NCBI GenBank assembly: GCA_934754355.1
Contig: CAKVID010000001.1
Coordinates: forward strand, 82,269-146,268
Reading direction: 5' to 3'
From: an uncultured Clostridia bacterium
GTDB taxonomy: Bacteria > Bacillota > Clostridia > Christensenellales > UBA1242
DNA length: 64,000 bases
Shown here: positions 21,497 to 32,006 of the stretch, in pieces
Numbering within the stretch: position 1 is the stretch's first letter
Layout: each line of letters starts with the position of its first letter
The notes under the pieces: model-generated
What the model was told of the DNA's origin: nothing
Database searches by the model: none
Seen by the model: the letters and a program-made list of their open reading frames with translations, nothing else
Translations under genes and position numbers: made by a program

Positions 21497-22218
21497 AGAG
21501 ATTTTATGTAAATAAAGAATTACAAGTGAATAGCAAAGTTACAATAGAAGGCATTGAGCATAATCATATTAGCAATGTTATGCGACTAAAAGTCAATGAT
21601 GAGATAATTCTAGTGTGTGGCGATAATTATGATTATTTGGCTAGAATTATAGATATTAGCAAGGGTAAGACAATTGTTGAAATATTAAGCAAAGATGTAA
21701 ATAATGCAAATCCACGAAGTGATGTCACAGTATTTCAAGCATTGGTTAAATCGGATAATATGTCGCTTATAGTTCAGAAATTAACCGAACTTGGTGTTAA
21801 AACTTTTATTCCATTTGAAAGTGAATTCATTACGAGCAAAGATAAATATAATAAATGTCAAAAATTGCAAGAAATTTCTAATCAATCAATCAAACAGTGC
21901 AAGAGAAGTATTCCAATGAAAATTGAAAATACTAAATCTTTCAAAGAAATGATTGAAGACTTGCATAATTATGATTTGGTTATCTTTGCTAATGAATGTG
22001 AACACTCATTTGATTTGAAGTCGATTTCTATTGAAAACAATAAAATTGCATTAATTATCGGCAGTGAGGGGGGCTTTAGCAAGCAAGAAATAGAAATGCT
22101 TGAAAATAATGGAGTAAAATCTATAAGTATGGGCAATAGAATTCTTAGAGCAGAAACAGCGTCAATTAGTCTAACTGCTGTAGTTATGTATTTAATAGGA
22201 GAATGGCATTATGAATAA
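21493..22218 (+). CDS. rsmE: 16S rRNA (uracil1498-N3)-methyltransferase RsmE
   Basis: 241 aa with a PUA-like N-terminus and SPOUT C-terminus (LIIGSEGGFSKQEI ... LGNRILRAETA). Its yqeU-like position is before mtaB. Confidence 0.85.
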   Translation: MKRFYVNKELQVNSKVTIEGIEHNHISNVMRLKVNDEIILVCGDNYDYLARIIDISKGKTIVEILSKDVNNANPRSDVTVFQALVKSDNMSLIVQKLTELGVKTFIPFESEFITSKDKYNKCQKLQEISNQSIKQCKRSIPMKIENTKSFKEMIEDLHNYDLVIFANECEHSFDLKSISIENNKIALIIGSEGGFSKQEIEMLENNGVKSISMGNRILRAETASISLTAVVMYLIGEWHYE

Positions 22219-23458
22219 AGTGGCTATAATTACTCTTGGTTGCAAGCAAAATAAATATGAAAGCGATTGTATGGCAAATTTACTTCAAAGAAATGGCTAT
22301 GAAGTAGTAGAAGAATTAGAAGTAGCAGATATCTACATTATTAATACTTGTGCAGTTACTTCTGAGGCAGAGAAGAAGAGTAGACAATTTGTGGCTAAAT
22401 GTTTGAAATTAAATGGTGAAGCCAAGATTATAATTTGTGGTTGCGCTAGTGAGAAGAATGCCGACCAATTCAAGACTAAAAATAATGTATTTTCAATAAT
22501 TGGCACAGAGGGTAAAGAGAAAATACTTGAGTACATAAATAATTCAATTAAGCAGAAAAATGAATTGAAGACAGTATATGAAAGTCCATGCAATCCGCAG
22601 AAATCTAGTACTAGAGAACATATTAAAATACAAGATGGTTGTAATAACTTCTGTTCTTACTGTATTATTCCTTATTTGAGGGGTAGGTCAAGAAGTAGGG
22701 ATTTAGAAAGTATCGTAGAAGAGGCCAAAGTTATTGCTGGTAGGTCAAAAGAAATTGTACTTACAGGAATAGATATTAGTTCTTACAAAGTAGACGGCAA
22801 ACTCGCTCTTCCTCTACTACTTAGCAAGTTAAAAGATGTTAATGCTTTAATTAGATTAGGTTCTCTAGAAGTAAATGTTATAACTGAAGAACTTATGTCA
22901 GTATTAGTGTCTATGCCTAATTTTGCTCCGCATTTCCATCTAAGTCTACAAAGTGGTGATGATGAAATACTTAAGAAGATGAATAGACATTATACTTCGC
23001 AAGAGTTCTACGACAAAGTTCAATTAATTCGTAAGTATTTTCCACTTGCTAATATTACAACAGATGTTATAGTTGGATTTGCCAAAGAAACAGAAGAACA
23101 ATTTGAAAATACTAAGCAATTTATAGAGAAAGTTGGATTTTCTTTCGTGCATATCTTCCCATATTCTAGAAGAGAGGGAACTAGAGCATATAATTTTGAA
23201 GATTTGGACATGAGTATCAAGAAAAGAAGAGTAGACCAATTAGAAGAAGTCAATTCTAGACTTAGAGTTAATTACTTAAGTAAATTTATAGGCAGGGCTA
23301 GTTCAGTTATAATAGAAGAGCAGAAAGAACTATTTGAAGGCTTTAGCCCTGAATATATTAGATGTTATACATCTGATGATGTTATTTGTGGTAATCAATA
23401 TAATATTAGATTTGATAGTTTATACAAAGATGGAATGAAAGTAGAAATAATAAAATAA
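22211..23458 (+). CDS. mtaB: tRNA t6A37 methylthiotransferase MtaB (MiaB-like radical SAM)
   Basis: UPF0004 N-domain (TLGCKQNKYESD), radical SAM motif CNNFCSYCIIP and a TRAM-like C-terminus. Synteny matches B. subtilis yqeV. Confidence 0.85.
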   Translation: MNKVAIITLGCKQNKYESDCMANLLQRNGYEVVEELEVADIYIINTCAVTSEAEKKSRQFVAKCLKLNGEAKIIICGCASEKNADQFKTKNNVFSIIGTEGKEKILEYINNSIKQKNELKTVYESPCNPQKSSTREHIKIQDGCNNFCSYCIIPYLRGRSRSRDLESIVEEAKVIAGRSKEIVLTGIDISSYKVDGKLALPLLLSKLKDVNALIRLGSLEVNVITEELMSVLVSMPNFAPHFHLSLQSGDDEILKKMNRHYTSQEFYDKVQLIRKYFPLANITTDVIVGFAKETEEQFENTKQFIEKVGFSFVHIFPYSRREGTRAYNFEDLDMSIKKRRVDQLEEVNSRLRVNYLSKFIGRASSVIIEEQKELFEGFSPEYIRCYTSDDVICGNQYNIRFDSLYKDGMKVEIIK

Positions 23459-23469
23459 GTGAGGTTAAT

Positions 23470-23868
23470 ATGTGTGTTTTTTGCGATATAATAGAAGGTA
23501 AAATTCCTAGTTACAAAATTTATGAAGACGATAATACTTATGCATTCTTGGATATAGCGGGAGATGCTTATGGACATACTCTAGTAATTCCTAAGAAACA
23601 TTGTGTAAATATACTTGATGCCGATGCAGAAACTTTGAATAATGTTATGGTGGCGGTAAATAAGATAAGTAATCACTATGTTAATAATTGTGGCTTTACT
23701 GGTGTTAATCTCGTTAATTGCTCGGGTGCTGATGCAGAACAGAGTGTTTTCCATTTGCATATTCATATTATTCCTAGAAAAAGTGAAGATAATATGAAAG
23801 TATATCCAAATTTGCAAAAACATGATTTTGATTTGAAAGAAGTGCAAAGTAGTCTACAAATTATCTAA
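23470..23868 (+). CDS. HIT family (histidine triad) nucleotide hydrolase
   Basis: 132 aa with the HLHIHIIP histidine triad. Confidence 0.85.
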   Translation: MCVFCDIIEGKIPSYKIYEDDNTYAFLDIAGDAYGHTLVIPKKHCVNILDADAETLNNVMVAVNKISNHYVNNCGFTGVNLVNCSGADAEQSVFHLHIHIIPRKSEDNMKVYPNLQKHDFDLKEVQSSLQII

Positions 23869-23976
23869 ATTTAAGATATTTGGTCTATTTAGACTTCAAA
23901 AGTGTAAATTTGATAAAAAAGACTTGACAAATAGATTTTTTTATATATAATGTAATAGAATTAAGAACAAAAGTGG

Positions 23977-24168
23977 GTGAATAATTTGTCTACAGTTAGA
24001 GTTGGTGAAACTGAATCTGTTGAAAGTGCAATCAAGAGATTTAAGAGAAAATGCCAAAAAGACGGCATCATTGGCGATCTTCGTAAACACGAACAATATG
24101 AGAAGCCAAGCGTAAAGAAGAAAAAGAAACAAAAAGCCGCTATTAAAAGAAATAAGAAAAGAGCGTAA
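23977..24168 (+). CDS. rpsU: 30S ribosomal protein S21
   Basis: VRVGETESVESAIKRFKRKCQKDGI is typical of S21. The track start is GTG; an in-frame TTG at 23986 is an alternative. TTGACA and TATAAT promoter-like hexamers lie at about 23923-23950. Confidence 0.85.
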   Translation: MNNLSTVRVGETESVESAIKRFKRKCQKDGIIGDLRKHEQYEKPSVKKKKKQKAAIKRNKKRA

Positions 24169-24180
24169 CTTTTTGTAAAT

Positions 24181-24221
24181 AAAGAAACATTCGAAATAAT
24201 CTCGAATGTTTCTTTGTTTTT
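24181..24221 (+). terminator. Rho-independent terminator after rpsU
   Basis: 14-bp stem aaagaaacattcga / tcgaatgtttcttt followed by a T-run. Confidence 0.8.
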
Positions 24222-24556
24222 ATTAATTGAGGAGTTTTTGATTAACTTACTTATTAGATATTTACTTATCGGATATTAATATTTTTTTATATTGATATGT
24301 ATACAAACATTTTGGATGTGAATTATGTAGTATCATATAGCAAAGTAAAATTAGAATATTTTAAAATTTAACAAAAAGTAACATTTTTCTTCAAAATTGC
24401 TGAAAGTATGTAAGTATTAGTCAAAATAACAATGTCTTAATATTATGAGTAATCATATCTATTTGCTATACTATAATTACATTTGTTTGATAGTATTTTA
24501 GATGAGGAAACTCTATACTATCATGACGAAAAGTTAATATAGGAAATGATGGGAAA

Positions 24557-24913
24557 ATGAAAAATACACAACTTAAATTTTTAGCAAATTTGGCAAAACA
24601 AAGATTAATAAATAAAGACTATAGTGATGTTCAGAAACAAAATAGGAATAAAGCATCTAGTTATTTTATTCAAAATGCTAGGGCTTTGCAAAAATTAAAA
24701 GCAGAGACTAATTATATAACTATCAAAAATGAAGAAGATACAGAATTTATTGAAAGTGTGAAAAGACTGCTTGAAGAAGATTGTTACAATCCTCTGGGTA
24801 GACTTTGTGATTATAAATACTTTGAAACATTAAATGAACAGCAGAAAGAATTTTATATATTAAATTTAAGTGATAAGTACACCAAAGTTAAAAATGAAGT
24901 AATGTGTGGATAA
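24557..24913 (+). CDS. Hypothetical protein (118 aa)
   Basis: ORF preceded by AGGAAATGATGGGAAA. No family recognised. Confidence 0.45.
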   Translation: MKNTQLKFLANLAKQRLINKDYSDVQKQNRNKASSYFIQNARALQKLKAETNYITIKNEEDTEFIESVKRLLEEDCYNPLGRLCDYKYFETLNEQQKEFYILNLSDKYTKVKNEVMCG

Positions 24914-25018
24914 TGAAATTTAAGATAAGTTTTTAAACTTATCTTTTTTATTGTTTTGATTATATTGCAAATTGTGATAAAATACTCTTGTGAATTTTAT
25001 AAATGAAATGGAGAAATT

Positions 25019-27409
25019 ATGTATTCTTTGAATGATATAAATAAAACTCAAAATAATGAAATTATTGAAGATGACGACATAAAGGTAACATTGCTAAATT
25101 CTTTGAATACAATGCAGAAGACTATTGTTGTAGATACGCAAGGTGCTAAGTTAGTAACAGCGGGTGCGGGTTCGGGTAAAACAAGAATATTGACTAATAG
25201 AATTTGTTATATGATAAGGCATGATAAAATTAGTCCTAATAATATCCTTGCAATAACATTTACTAATAAAGCAACAAAAGAAATGCAAGAGAGAATAGAA
25301 AAGATGGTGCCAGATCATATTGGTGTTACTATCAAGACTTTTCACTCTTTCTGTGCAAGTATTCTTAGAGAGAATATATCCAAACTTGATGGTTTTGATA
25401 GATATTTTTCGGTATATGATGATAAAGCCCAGAAAGATTTGCTTAAGAAAGTAATTAAAGATTTGGGAATAGATGAAGAAATTGGCAAGAAATGTGACTA
25501 TCATATATCCAATGCCAAAAATCAAGGATTAATGCCTACAGAATATCTAAGAGACAATAGATATGAACCAAATATTGAAGATATTGTTAGAGTATATAGA
25601 GAATATCAGGAACAATTAAAAATAAATAATGCACTTGATTTTGATGATTTATTACTTAAGACTTTGGAACTATTTGAGAAATGTCCTCAAGTACTTGAGT
25701 ATTATCAAGAGAAATTTAAGTATATTCATGTAGATGAATTCCAAGACACTAACCTTGTTCAATATAAAATACTTAAATTGCTTGGCGAGAAATACAAAAA
25801 TGTATTTGTTGTAGGCGATGAAGACCAATGTATATATTGCTGGAGAGGTGCAAATATAGGCAATATTAACGAATTTATACATGATTTTAATCCTAAAATA
25901 TATAAGTTAGAGCAGAATTACAGAAGCACCAAAAATATTATAAAAAGAGCAAATACATTAATTAAAAATAATACCGCTAGAATAGATAAGACCTTATTTA
26001 CTGAGAATGAAGAAGGGGAAGAAGTCACTTATCACGAAGGCGATGATGAGAAAGATGAAGCAGAGTATATTGCTAGAATGATATACACACTCAAGTCAAG
26101 AGGTGTAGCACTAAATGAGATTGGTATACTTATGAGACTTACATCTCTTAGTGGCAATATAGAACAGAAATTATTAAATTACAATCTTACATACAAAACA
26201 AGTGGCATTATGAAATTCTTTGAAAGAATGGAAGTTAAGAATGTCCTAGCGTATTTATCAATAGTTGTTAATCCTAAGGATAATGAGAAAGTAACTAGAA
26301 TAATAAACTATCCAAAGAGAGGAATTGGACAAGCAACAATTGATAAACTTCAAGCAATTTCTAGAGAAACTAGAAGACCTCTGACTGATTTAATCGAGAA
26401 TTTTAGAGATTTAGATATTACAAGTACTATCAAAAATAAGATAGAACCTTTTAGTAATTTACTTATAGATTTGAAAAACGCATATGCGGAGAAGACATTA
26501 TATGACTTTGCTGAGTATGCGGTAGATAGGGCAGAAATTAGAGATATTTACAATACAAATTCTGAAGAGGATATTGATAGAAAAGCAAATATTAACCAAC
26601 TTATGCAATTTATCAAAGATTATGAATATCTAAATGATGATGCAAATCTTGCCGATTATTTGGAAAGTGTAACTTTGCAAAGTGATATATCCCAAGAAGA
26701 CGATGACGAAGAAAGTGTATCAATATCTACTATTCATGCTAGCAAAGGTCTTGAATTTGATTATGTATTCCTTGTAGGACTTGAAGAAGGTAAATTTCCA
26801 CTAAGTAGGGCTTTGGATAGTGCTGATGAAATGGAAGAAGAACGAAGACTTATGTATGTAGGCATTACTCGTGCTAGGAAGAAATTATATATAACTCGTG
26901 CTAAATCTAGATATTTGTATGGAGAACGCAAAGAAAGTATGCCGTCTAGATTTATAGAAGAAATGGGAATTTCAGTTCCAAAAAGAAGAATGTGGCAAGA
27001 AAATAGTTATTATGATAATGACAATAATTATGGAAGTTATGGTTACAATAATGGCTATTCTGGATATAATTCAAATAGATATAGTAAGAGTAGTGAGAGT
27101 GGTTATTCTAGGTCAGGCTATTCTTTCGAGAATTCATATACCGAGAAGAAGAGAGAATTTGGGAATACTAGTGGTGGCAATACTCTTAATAACTTGCAGA
27201 ATTTGCAAAATAGCAAATTAAATAGTCAAAAGAAAAATTTTGATGATTACAAAGTTGGAGTGCAAGTGCTTCATACTAAATTTGGAGTTGGAACAATTAT
27301 CAAAGTAGATAATGCTAGCGGAAATAATTTTGTTTCTGTTGACTTTGGCAAAATAGGAGTTAAGACTTTATCTCTTAATTTTGCGCCTTTGCAAATCTTG
27401 AAAAAATAG
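25019..27409 (+). CDS. pcrA: ATP-dependent DNA helicase PcrA (UvrD family) with extended low-complexity linker
   Basis: 796 aa with SF1 motifs AGAGSGKTR, VDEFQDTN, QNYRS and VGITRARKKLY. The C-terminal Tudor-like segment is YKVGVQVLHTKFGVGTIIKV. Confidence 0.92.
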   Translation: MYSLNDINKTQNNEIIEDDDIKVTLLNSLNTMQKTIVVDTQGAKLVTAGAGSGKTRILTNRICYMIRHDKISPNNILAITFTNKATKEMQERIEKMVPDHIGVTIKTFHSFCASILRENISKLDGFDRYFSVYDDKAQKDLLKKVIKDLGIDEEIGKKCDYHISNAKNQGLMPTEYLRDNRYEPNIEDIVRVYREYQEQLKINNALDFDDLLLKTLELFEKCPQVLEYYQEKFKYIHVDEFQDTNLVQYKILKLLGEKYKNVFVVGDEDQCIYCWRGANIGNINEFIHDFNPKIYKLEQNYRSTKNIIKRANTLIKNNTARIDKTLFTENEEGEEVTYHEGDDEKDEAEYIARMIYTLKSRGVALNEIGILMRLTSLSGNIEQKLLNYNLTYKTSGIMKFFERMEVKNVLAYLSIVVNPKDNEKVTRIINYPKRGIGQATIDKLQAISRETRRPLTDLIENFRDLDITSTIKNKIEPFSNLLIDLKNAYAEKTLYDFAEYAVDRAEIRDIYNTNSEEDIDRKANINQLMQFIKDYEYLNDDANLADYLESVTLQSDISQEDDDEESVSISTIHASKGLEFDYVFLVGLEEGKFPLSRALDSADEMEEERRLMYVGITRARKKLYITRAKSRYLYGERKESMPSRFIEEMGISVPKRRMWQENSYYDNDNNYGSYGYNNGYSGYNSNRYSKSSESGYSRSGYSFENSYTEKKREFGNTSGGNTLNNLQNLQNSKLNSQKKNFDDYKVGVQVLHTKFGVGTIIKVDNASGNNFVSVDFGKIGVKTLSLNFAPLQILKK

Positions 27410-27417
27410 GAGTAAAT

Positions 27418-29373
27418 ATGGATAAAATAGCCAGAATGAAGGAATTAATTGAATTAATTGAGAAGTATAATTATGCTTATTATACCCTTGATGCTCCTTT
27501 GATTTCTGATAAAGAGTATGATGATTTGTATTATGAACTTGTATCTTTGGAGAAAGAGACTTCTACAATATTGGAAGGCAGTCCAACTCAGAAAGTTGGA
27601 GATGTTGTACTAGATAAATTTGAGAAAGTTACACATGAGAAGAAATTATATAGTCTAAATAAAGCAAATACTTTTGAAGAATTGCAAACATGGTATAATG
27701 ATATGATTGCTATGGGTGCAAAGTCTTTCAGTGTAGAATATAAGTATGACGGGCTAAGAGTAGTTATTAAGTACAAGAATGGTCTATTGAAACAAGCGGC
27801 AACAAGAGGTAATGGAATAATTGGAGAGAATATAACCGAGCAGGTTAAAACTATAAAAAATGTGCCAAAAACCATTGCTTTTAGAAATGACTTAACTGTT
27901 ATGGGTGAAGTTCTGATGAAGTTATCTGAATTAGAGAAGTATAACAAGACATCGAACGAACCACTTAAAAATGCTAGAAATGGTGCTGCAGGTGCTCTAA
28001 GAAATCTAGACACCAAAGTAACTGCTAGCCGTAATCTTAGTGCTATAATGTATGATATTTTAAGTATTGATGGTCAAATCCCAAGCCAAAAAGATACTCA
28101 TGAATTTCTAAATTCTATGGGGTTTGACACATTTGACTTTTTCCATATAGTATATAGTTTTGAAGATATTTGCAATTTAATAAATCAAGTTGATGAGTAC
28201 AAATTATCACTAGATATCTTAATTGATGGAATGGTTGTTAAAGTAAATGAATATGATGCAAGAGAGAAGATAGGATATACAGAGAAATATCCTAAATGGG
28301 CGATTGCTTACAAATTTGAAGCACAAGAATTGACTAGTGTTGTCAAAGATATAATTTGGCAAGTTGGCAGAACGGGCAAATTAACACCAGTGTGCGTAAT
28401 TGACCCTATAGAACTTGCTGGTGCTACTATTACAAGAGCCACTCTTAATAATTACGATGATATCATTCGTAAAGATGTTGCAATTGGAAGTAGAGTGTTT
28501 GTAAGAAGAAGTAATGAAGTAATCCCAGAAATATTGGGAGTTGCAGAACATAGCAAAAATTCAGTTAAAATTGAAAAACCAAAAGTATGTCCTTGTTGTC
28601 ATACTCCACTTATTTATGAAAGTGTAAATATTTATTGTCCGAATGATAAATGTAAAGATAGAGTAATTGCTAAAATTACGCATTTTGCAAGTAGAAATGC
28701 GATGAATATAGAAGGTCTTAGCGAGAAAACAGTATCATCTTTAATAGATACATTAAATTTGAGTAAAGTTAGTGATTTGTATTCTCTTACTGCTAATGAT
28801 TTGAGCGTATTAGAGGGATTTAAGGCAAAAAAGATAAGCAATATGCTTGCTAGTATAGAGAAAAGCAAGCATTGTTCACTAGATGCATTTATTTACGCCC
28901 TAGGCATTAATGGAGTAGGAAGTAAGACTGCCAAAGATTTGGCTAAAAAATTCTGTAATCTAGATAATTTAAAGAATGCCTCTTTTGAGGATTTGGTTGA
29001 TATCAAAGATGTTGGGGATACTATAGCACAAAATATTGTTGATTTCTTCCAAGATGATAAAAATTTGAAATTGATAGACGAATTATTTAGTGCGGGAATA
29101 AAAATAAAAGAGACAAAAAATAATATTATATTTAGTAAATTTAGCGGAAAGACTTTTGTCCTTACAGGTACGCTAGAGAAATTCACAAGAAATGAAGCAA
29201 CTGAATTGCTAGAGAAAATAGGAGCAAATGTTTCATCATCTATTAGTGCTAAGACAGATTATTTGTTATGTGGAGAGAATGCGGGAAGCAAATTAGCCAA
29301 AGCCAAGAATTTAGGTGTACAAATTTTGACACAGGACGACTTCGCCCAAGAATTAACAAAATTAGGACTATAA
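27418..29373 (+). CDS. ligA: NAD-dependent DNA ligase LigA
   Basis: 651 aa with the adenylation motif (VEYKYDGLRV), an OB fold, a Zn finger (CPCCHTPL..CPNDKC), HhH repeats and BRCT. Confidence 0.95.
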   Translation: MDKIARMKELIELIEKYNYAYYTLDAPLISDKEYDDLYYELVSLEKETSTILEGSPTQKVGDVVLDKFEKVTHEKKLYSLNKANTFEELQTWYNDMIAMGAKSFSVEYKYDGLRVVIKYKNGLLKQAATRGNGIIGENITEQVKTIKNVPKTIAFRNDLTVMGEVLMKLSELEKYNKTSNEPLKNARNGAAGALRNLDTKVTASRNLSAIMYDILSIDGQIPSQKDTHEFLNSMGFDTFDFFHIVYSFEDICNLINQVDEYKLSLDILIDGMVVKVNEYDAREKIGYTEKYPKWAIAYKFEAQELTSVVKDIIWQVGRTGKLTPVCVIDPIELAGATITRATLNNYDDIIRKDVAIGSRVFVRRSNEVIPEILGVAEHSKNSVKIEKPKVCPCCHTPLIYESVNIYCPNDKCKDRVIAKITHFASRNAMNIEGLSEKTVSSLIDTLNLSKVSDLYSLTANDLSVLEGFKAKKISNMLASIEKSKHCSLDAFIYALGINGVGSKTAKDLAKKFCNLDNLKNASFEDLVDIKDVGDTIAQNIVDFFQDDKNLKLIDELFSAGIKIKETKNNIIFSKFSGKTFVLTGTLEKFTRNEATELLEKIGANVSSSISAKTDYLLCGENAGSKLAKAKNLGVQILTQDDFAQELTKLGL

Positions 29374-29483
29374 ATTAATTTTTTATGCAAAAAAGTGTTG
29401 AAATATTTTTTAGAATATATTAAAATATAATGTATTATATATATAGGCCTTAAACTTTGGTCTATATGAATTTAGGAGTAATT

Positions 29484-29684
29484 ATGTTATTAGAACCACC
29501 AATTGACGAACTTGTAGCGAAAGTAGGTAATCCTTACAAACTAGCAGTAATAGTTGGTAAGCGTGCTAAATTCTTGAATGAAACTCTAACAGAAGAGCAG
29601 AAAGAAGAATATCCTGAAGTTACTCGTGCAGTTGACGAAGTTGAGAACGGTACTATTGTAGTAGATGATGATACTAATCTTTAA
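29484..29684 (+). CDS. rpoZ: DNA-directed RNA polymerase subunit omega
   Basis: MLLEPPIDELVAKVGNPYKLAVIVGKRAKFL is omega-like. Start set at ATG 29484, 5 nt after AGGAG. Confidence 0.8.
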   Translation: MLLEPPIDELVAKVGNPYKLAVIVGKRAKFLNETLTEEQKEEYPEVTRAVDEVENGTIVVDDDTNL

Positions 29685-29725
29685 TCAATCTTGCAGAGAA
29701 CATATTTCAAGTTTGGTTTAAATGG

Positions 29726-29779
29726 GTTCTATCGTTCTTAATAAATTTTTTAAAAATTTAAGGACGATAGAACTTTTTT
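29726..29779 (+). terminator. Long-stem terminator after rpoZ
   Basis: Stem gttctatcgttctt / aaggacgatagaac with a 20-nt AT-rich loop, followed by T6. Confidence 0.6.
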
Positions 29780-29801
29780 GAAGTAATTAAAGGAGAATGA
29801 T

Positions 29802-31997
29802 TTGATAGCAGAAGTAATAGTTGATGTGCTTTCTAGTGAAGTAGATAGGGTATTTGATTATAATATCCCATCTTCTTTTGAGTACTTAACTGCAGGCTAT
29901 AGAGTACTTGTTCCATTTGGCAATAGGAAAATTGAGGGCTACATTATATCTATCAAATCTACAACCGATTGTCCTGAGGATAAATTAAAATCTATCATTA
30001 GTGTTTGTGATGCTAAGCCTCTTATACTTCCAGAAATTATTGAATTAATCAAATACATGAAAGAAAAATTGTATTTAAGATTAATTGATGGCATTAGACT
30101 TTCTGTGCCTAGTCAAGTAAGAAACGGAGTAGATTATAAAGTAGAGAAGATTTTAACATTAAATGACGAGAATGCCAGCAAATTTCTAACTACCATTAGC
30201 AAAAGGCAAAAAAATATTCCTTTGCTTATAGAATATTTACGCTCTATTGGTAAAGCAAAGTATTCAGATATTTCTAGTAAATTTGGGGCAAATAATGTTA
30301 AAATTTTGCTTGAAAATGATGTAATTAAAACACAAGAGAATAGAATTAATAGGCTATCTCTAGGAGATAAGAAAGAAAATAGTATTACATTGACAAAACT
30401 TCAAAAATCGTGTGTTAAAGACATATGTGCTTCTACTGATAAACCAATTGTTCTATTTGGAGTAACTGGCAGTGGTAAAACTGAAGTATATATGCATGTT
30501 ATTGATAAAATGCTAAGTGAAGGCAAAACTGCACTAATGCTTGTGCCTGAAATATCTCTAACTCCACAGATGGTTAGAGTTTTTAGTGATAGGTTTGGCA
30601 AAAATGTGGCAGTCTTACATAGTGCTTTGAGTGTTGGCGAGAAGCATGATGAATGGTTTAGAATATACGATGGAGAGGCTAAAATTGTAGTAGGTGCTAG
30701 ATCGGCAATTTTTGCACCTATGCAGAATATTGGTGTAATTATAATAGACGAAGAACATGACGGATCTTATGTGTCGGATAGTAATCCTAGATATTTTACT
30801 CATGACATAGCGGAATTTAGGGCTAAATACAATAAATGTCCATTATGTTTGGGTTCAGCAACACCATCAATTGAAACTTTCTACAAAACTCAAATAGGTA
30901 AATACAATCTAACACAAATGCCGGTAAGAGTTAATCAAAAGCCAATGCCAAAGATAGAAATTGTAGATATGAAGCAAGAATTCCGAAATGGTAATAATAC
31001 TATGCTTAGTACTACTCTTCTTTCTAAATTGGATAGTGTTATTAATAATAACAATCAAGCAATTTTATTTATTAATCGTAGAGGCTTTAGTTCGTATTTG
31101 ATGTGTCGAGAGTGTTCATATATTCCTAAATGCACCGAATGTGATGCAAATCTTGTATATCACAAAGACGAAAATGTACTAAAGTGCCATTATTGTGGCA
31201 AAAAATTCAAAGTACTAACTAAATGTCCAGATTGTGGAAGTGATAGTATCAAATTAGGTGCGACAGGTACACAGCAGATTGTTGAACTTATACATGAGCA
31301 TTTCCCAAATGTTAATGTATTTAGGTTAGATAACGATAGTGTTAAGACCAAAAATTCGTATAGCGAAATACTTACTAATTTCGGTAAAACCAAGCCAGCA
31401 ATACTAGTTGGAACTCAAATGGTAACTAAAGGGCATGATTTTCCTAAAGTTACTCTAGTTGGAATAGTCGATGCTGATATATCTTTATTTAATTATAGTT
31501 ATAAGGCTAATGAGACTACATTTCAATTAATGACACAAGTATCTGGTAGGGCAGGAAGAAGCGAAACGGCAGGAGAAGTTGTACTTCAAACTTATGTACC
31601 CAAAAATCCTGTATATTTAACAAGTGCAAACTATGATTATTTCAAATTCTACGACAAAGAAATCAATCTTAGAGAGACTACTAAGTTTCCACCGTTTGCC
31701 AAAATTGTAAGAATACTTATAACTTCTGAATTTGATGATATAGCCAAAGATTTAACACATAAATTAATGTTAAACTTGAAAGACTTTAGAATTAAATATG
31801 GCAAACAATTCTTCTTCCTAGAAGGAATGAAATCGCCAGTTAATAAGATAAAAAATAAACATAGATATCAAATTGTACTAAGATTTGATACAAAAATTGA
31901 AGATGATGTCATCAAAGAAATATATTCTTTGCTTGACGAAATGAAAAATAACAAAGTAAGCGTATTTGTAGAAATTAATCCAAGTTCGCTAAGTTAG
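29802..31997 (+). CDS. priA: Primosomal protein N' (PriA helicase)
   Basis: 731 aa with a TTG start after AAAGGAGA. Contains Walker A GVTGSGKTEVY, DEEH and a Cys-rich zinc region (CRECSYIPKCTECDANL..CHYCG..CPDCGS). Confidence 0.92.
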   Translation: MIAEVIVDVLSSEVDRVFDYNIPSSFEYLTAGYRVLVPFGNRKIEGYIISIKSTTDCPEDKLKSIISVCDAKPLILPEIIELIKYMKEKLYLRLIDGIRLSVPSQVRNGVDYKVEKILTLNDENASKFLTTISKRQKNIPLLIEYLRSIGKAKYSDISSKFGANNVKILLENDVIKTQENRINRLSLGDKKENSITLTKLQKSCVKDICASTDKPIVLFGVTGSGKTEVYMHVIDKMLSEGKTALMLVPEISLTPQMVRVFSDRFGKNVAVLHSALSVGEKHDEWFRIYDGEAKIVVGARSAIFAPMQNIGVIIIDEEHDGSYVSDSNPRYFTHDIAEFRAKYNKCPLCLGSATPSIETFYKTQIGKYNLTQMPVRVNQKPMPKIEIVDMKQEFRNGNNTMLSTTLLSKLDSVINNNNQAILFINRRGFSSYLMCRECSYIPKCTECDANLVYHKDENVLKCHYCGKKFKVLTKCPDCGSDSIKLGATGTQQIVELIHEHFPNVNVFRLDNDSVKTKNSYSEILTNFGKTKPAILVGTQMVTKGHDFPKVTLVGIVDADISLFNYSYKANETTFQLMTQVSGRAGRSETAGEVVLQTYVPKNPVYLTSANYDYFKFYDKEINLRETTKFPPFAKIVRILITSEFDDIAKDLTHKLMLNLKDFRIKYGKQFFFLEGMKSPVNKIKNKHRYQIVLRFDTKIEDDVIKEIYSLLDEMKNNKVSVFVEINPSSLS

Positions 31998-32006
31998 GAG
32001 AAAATA

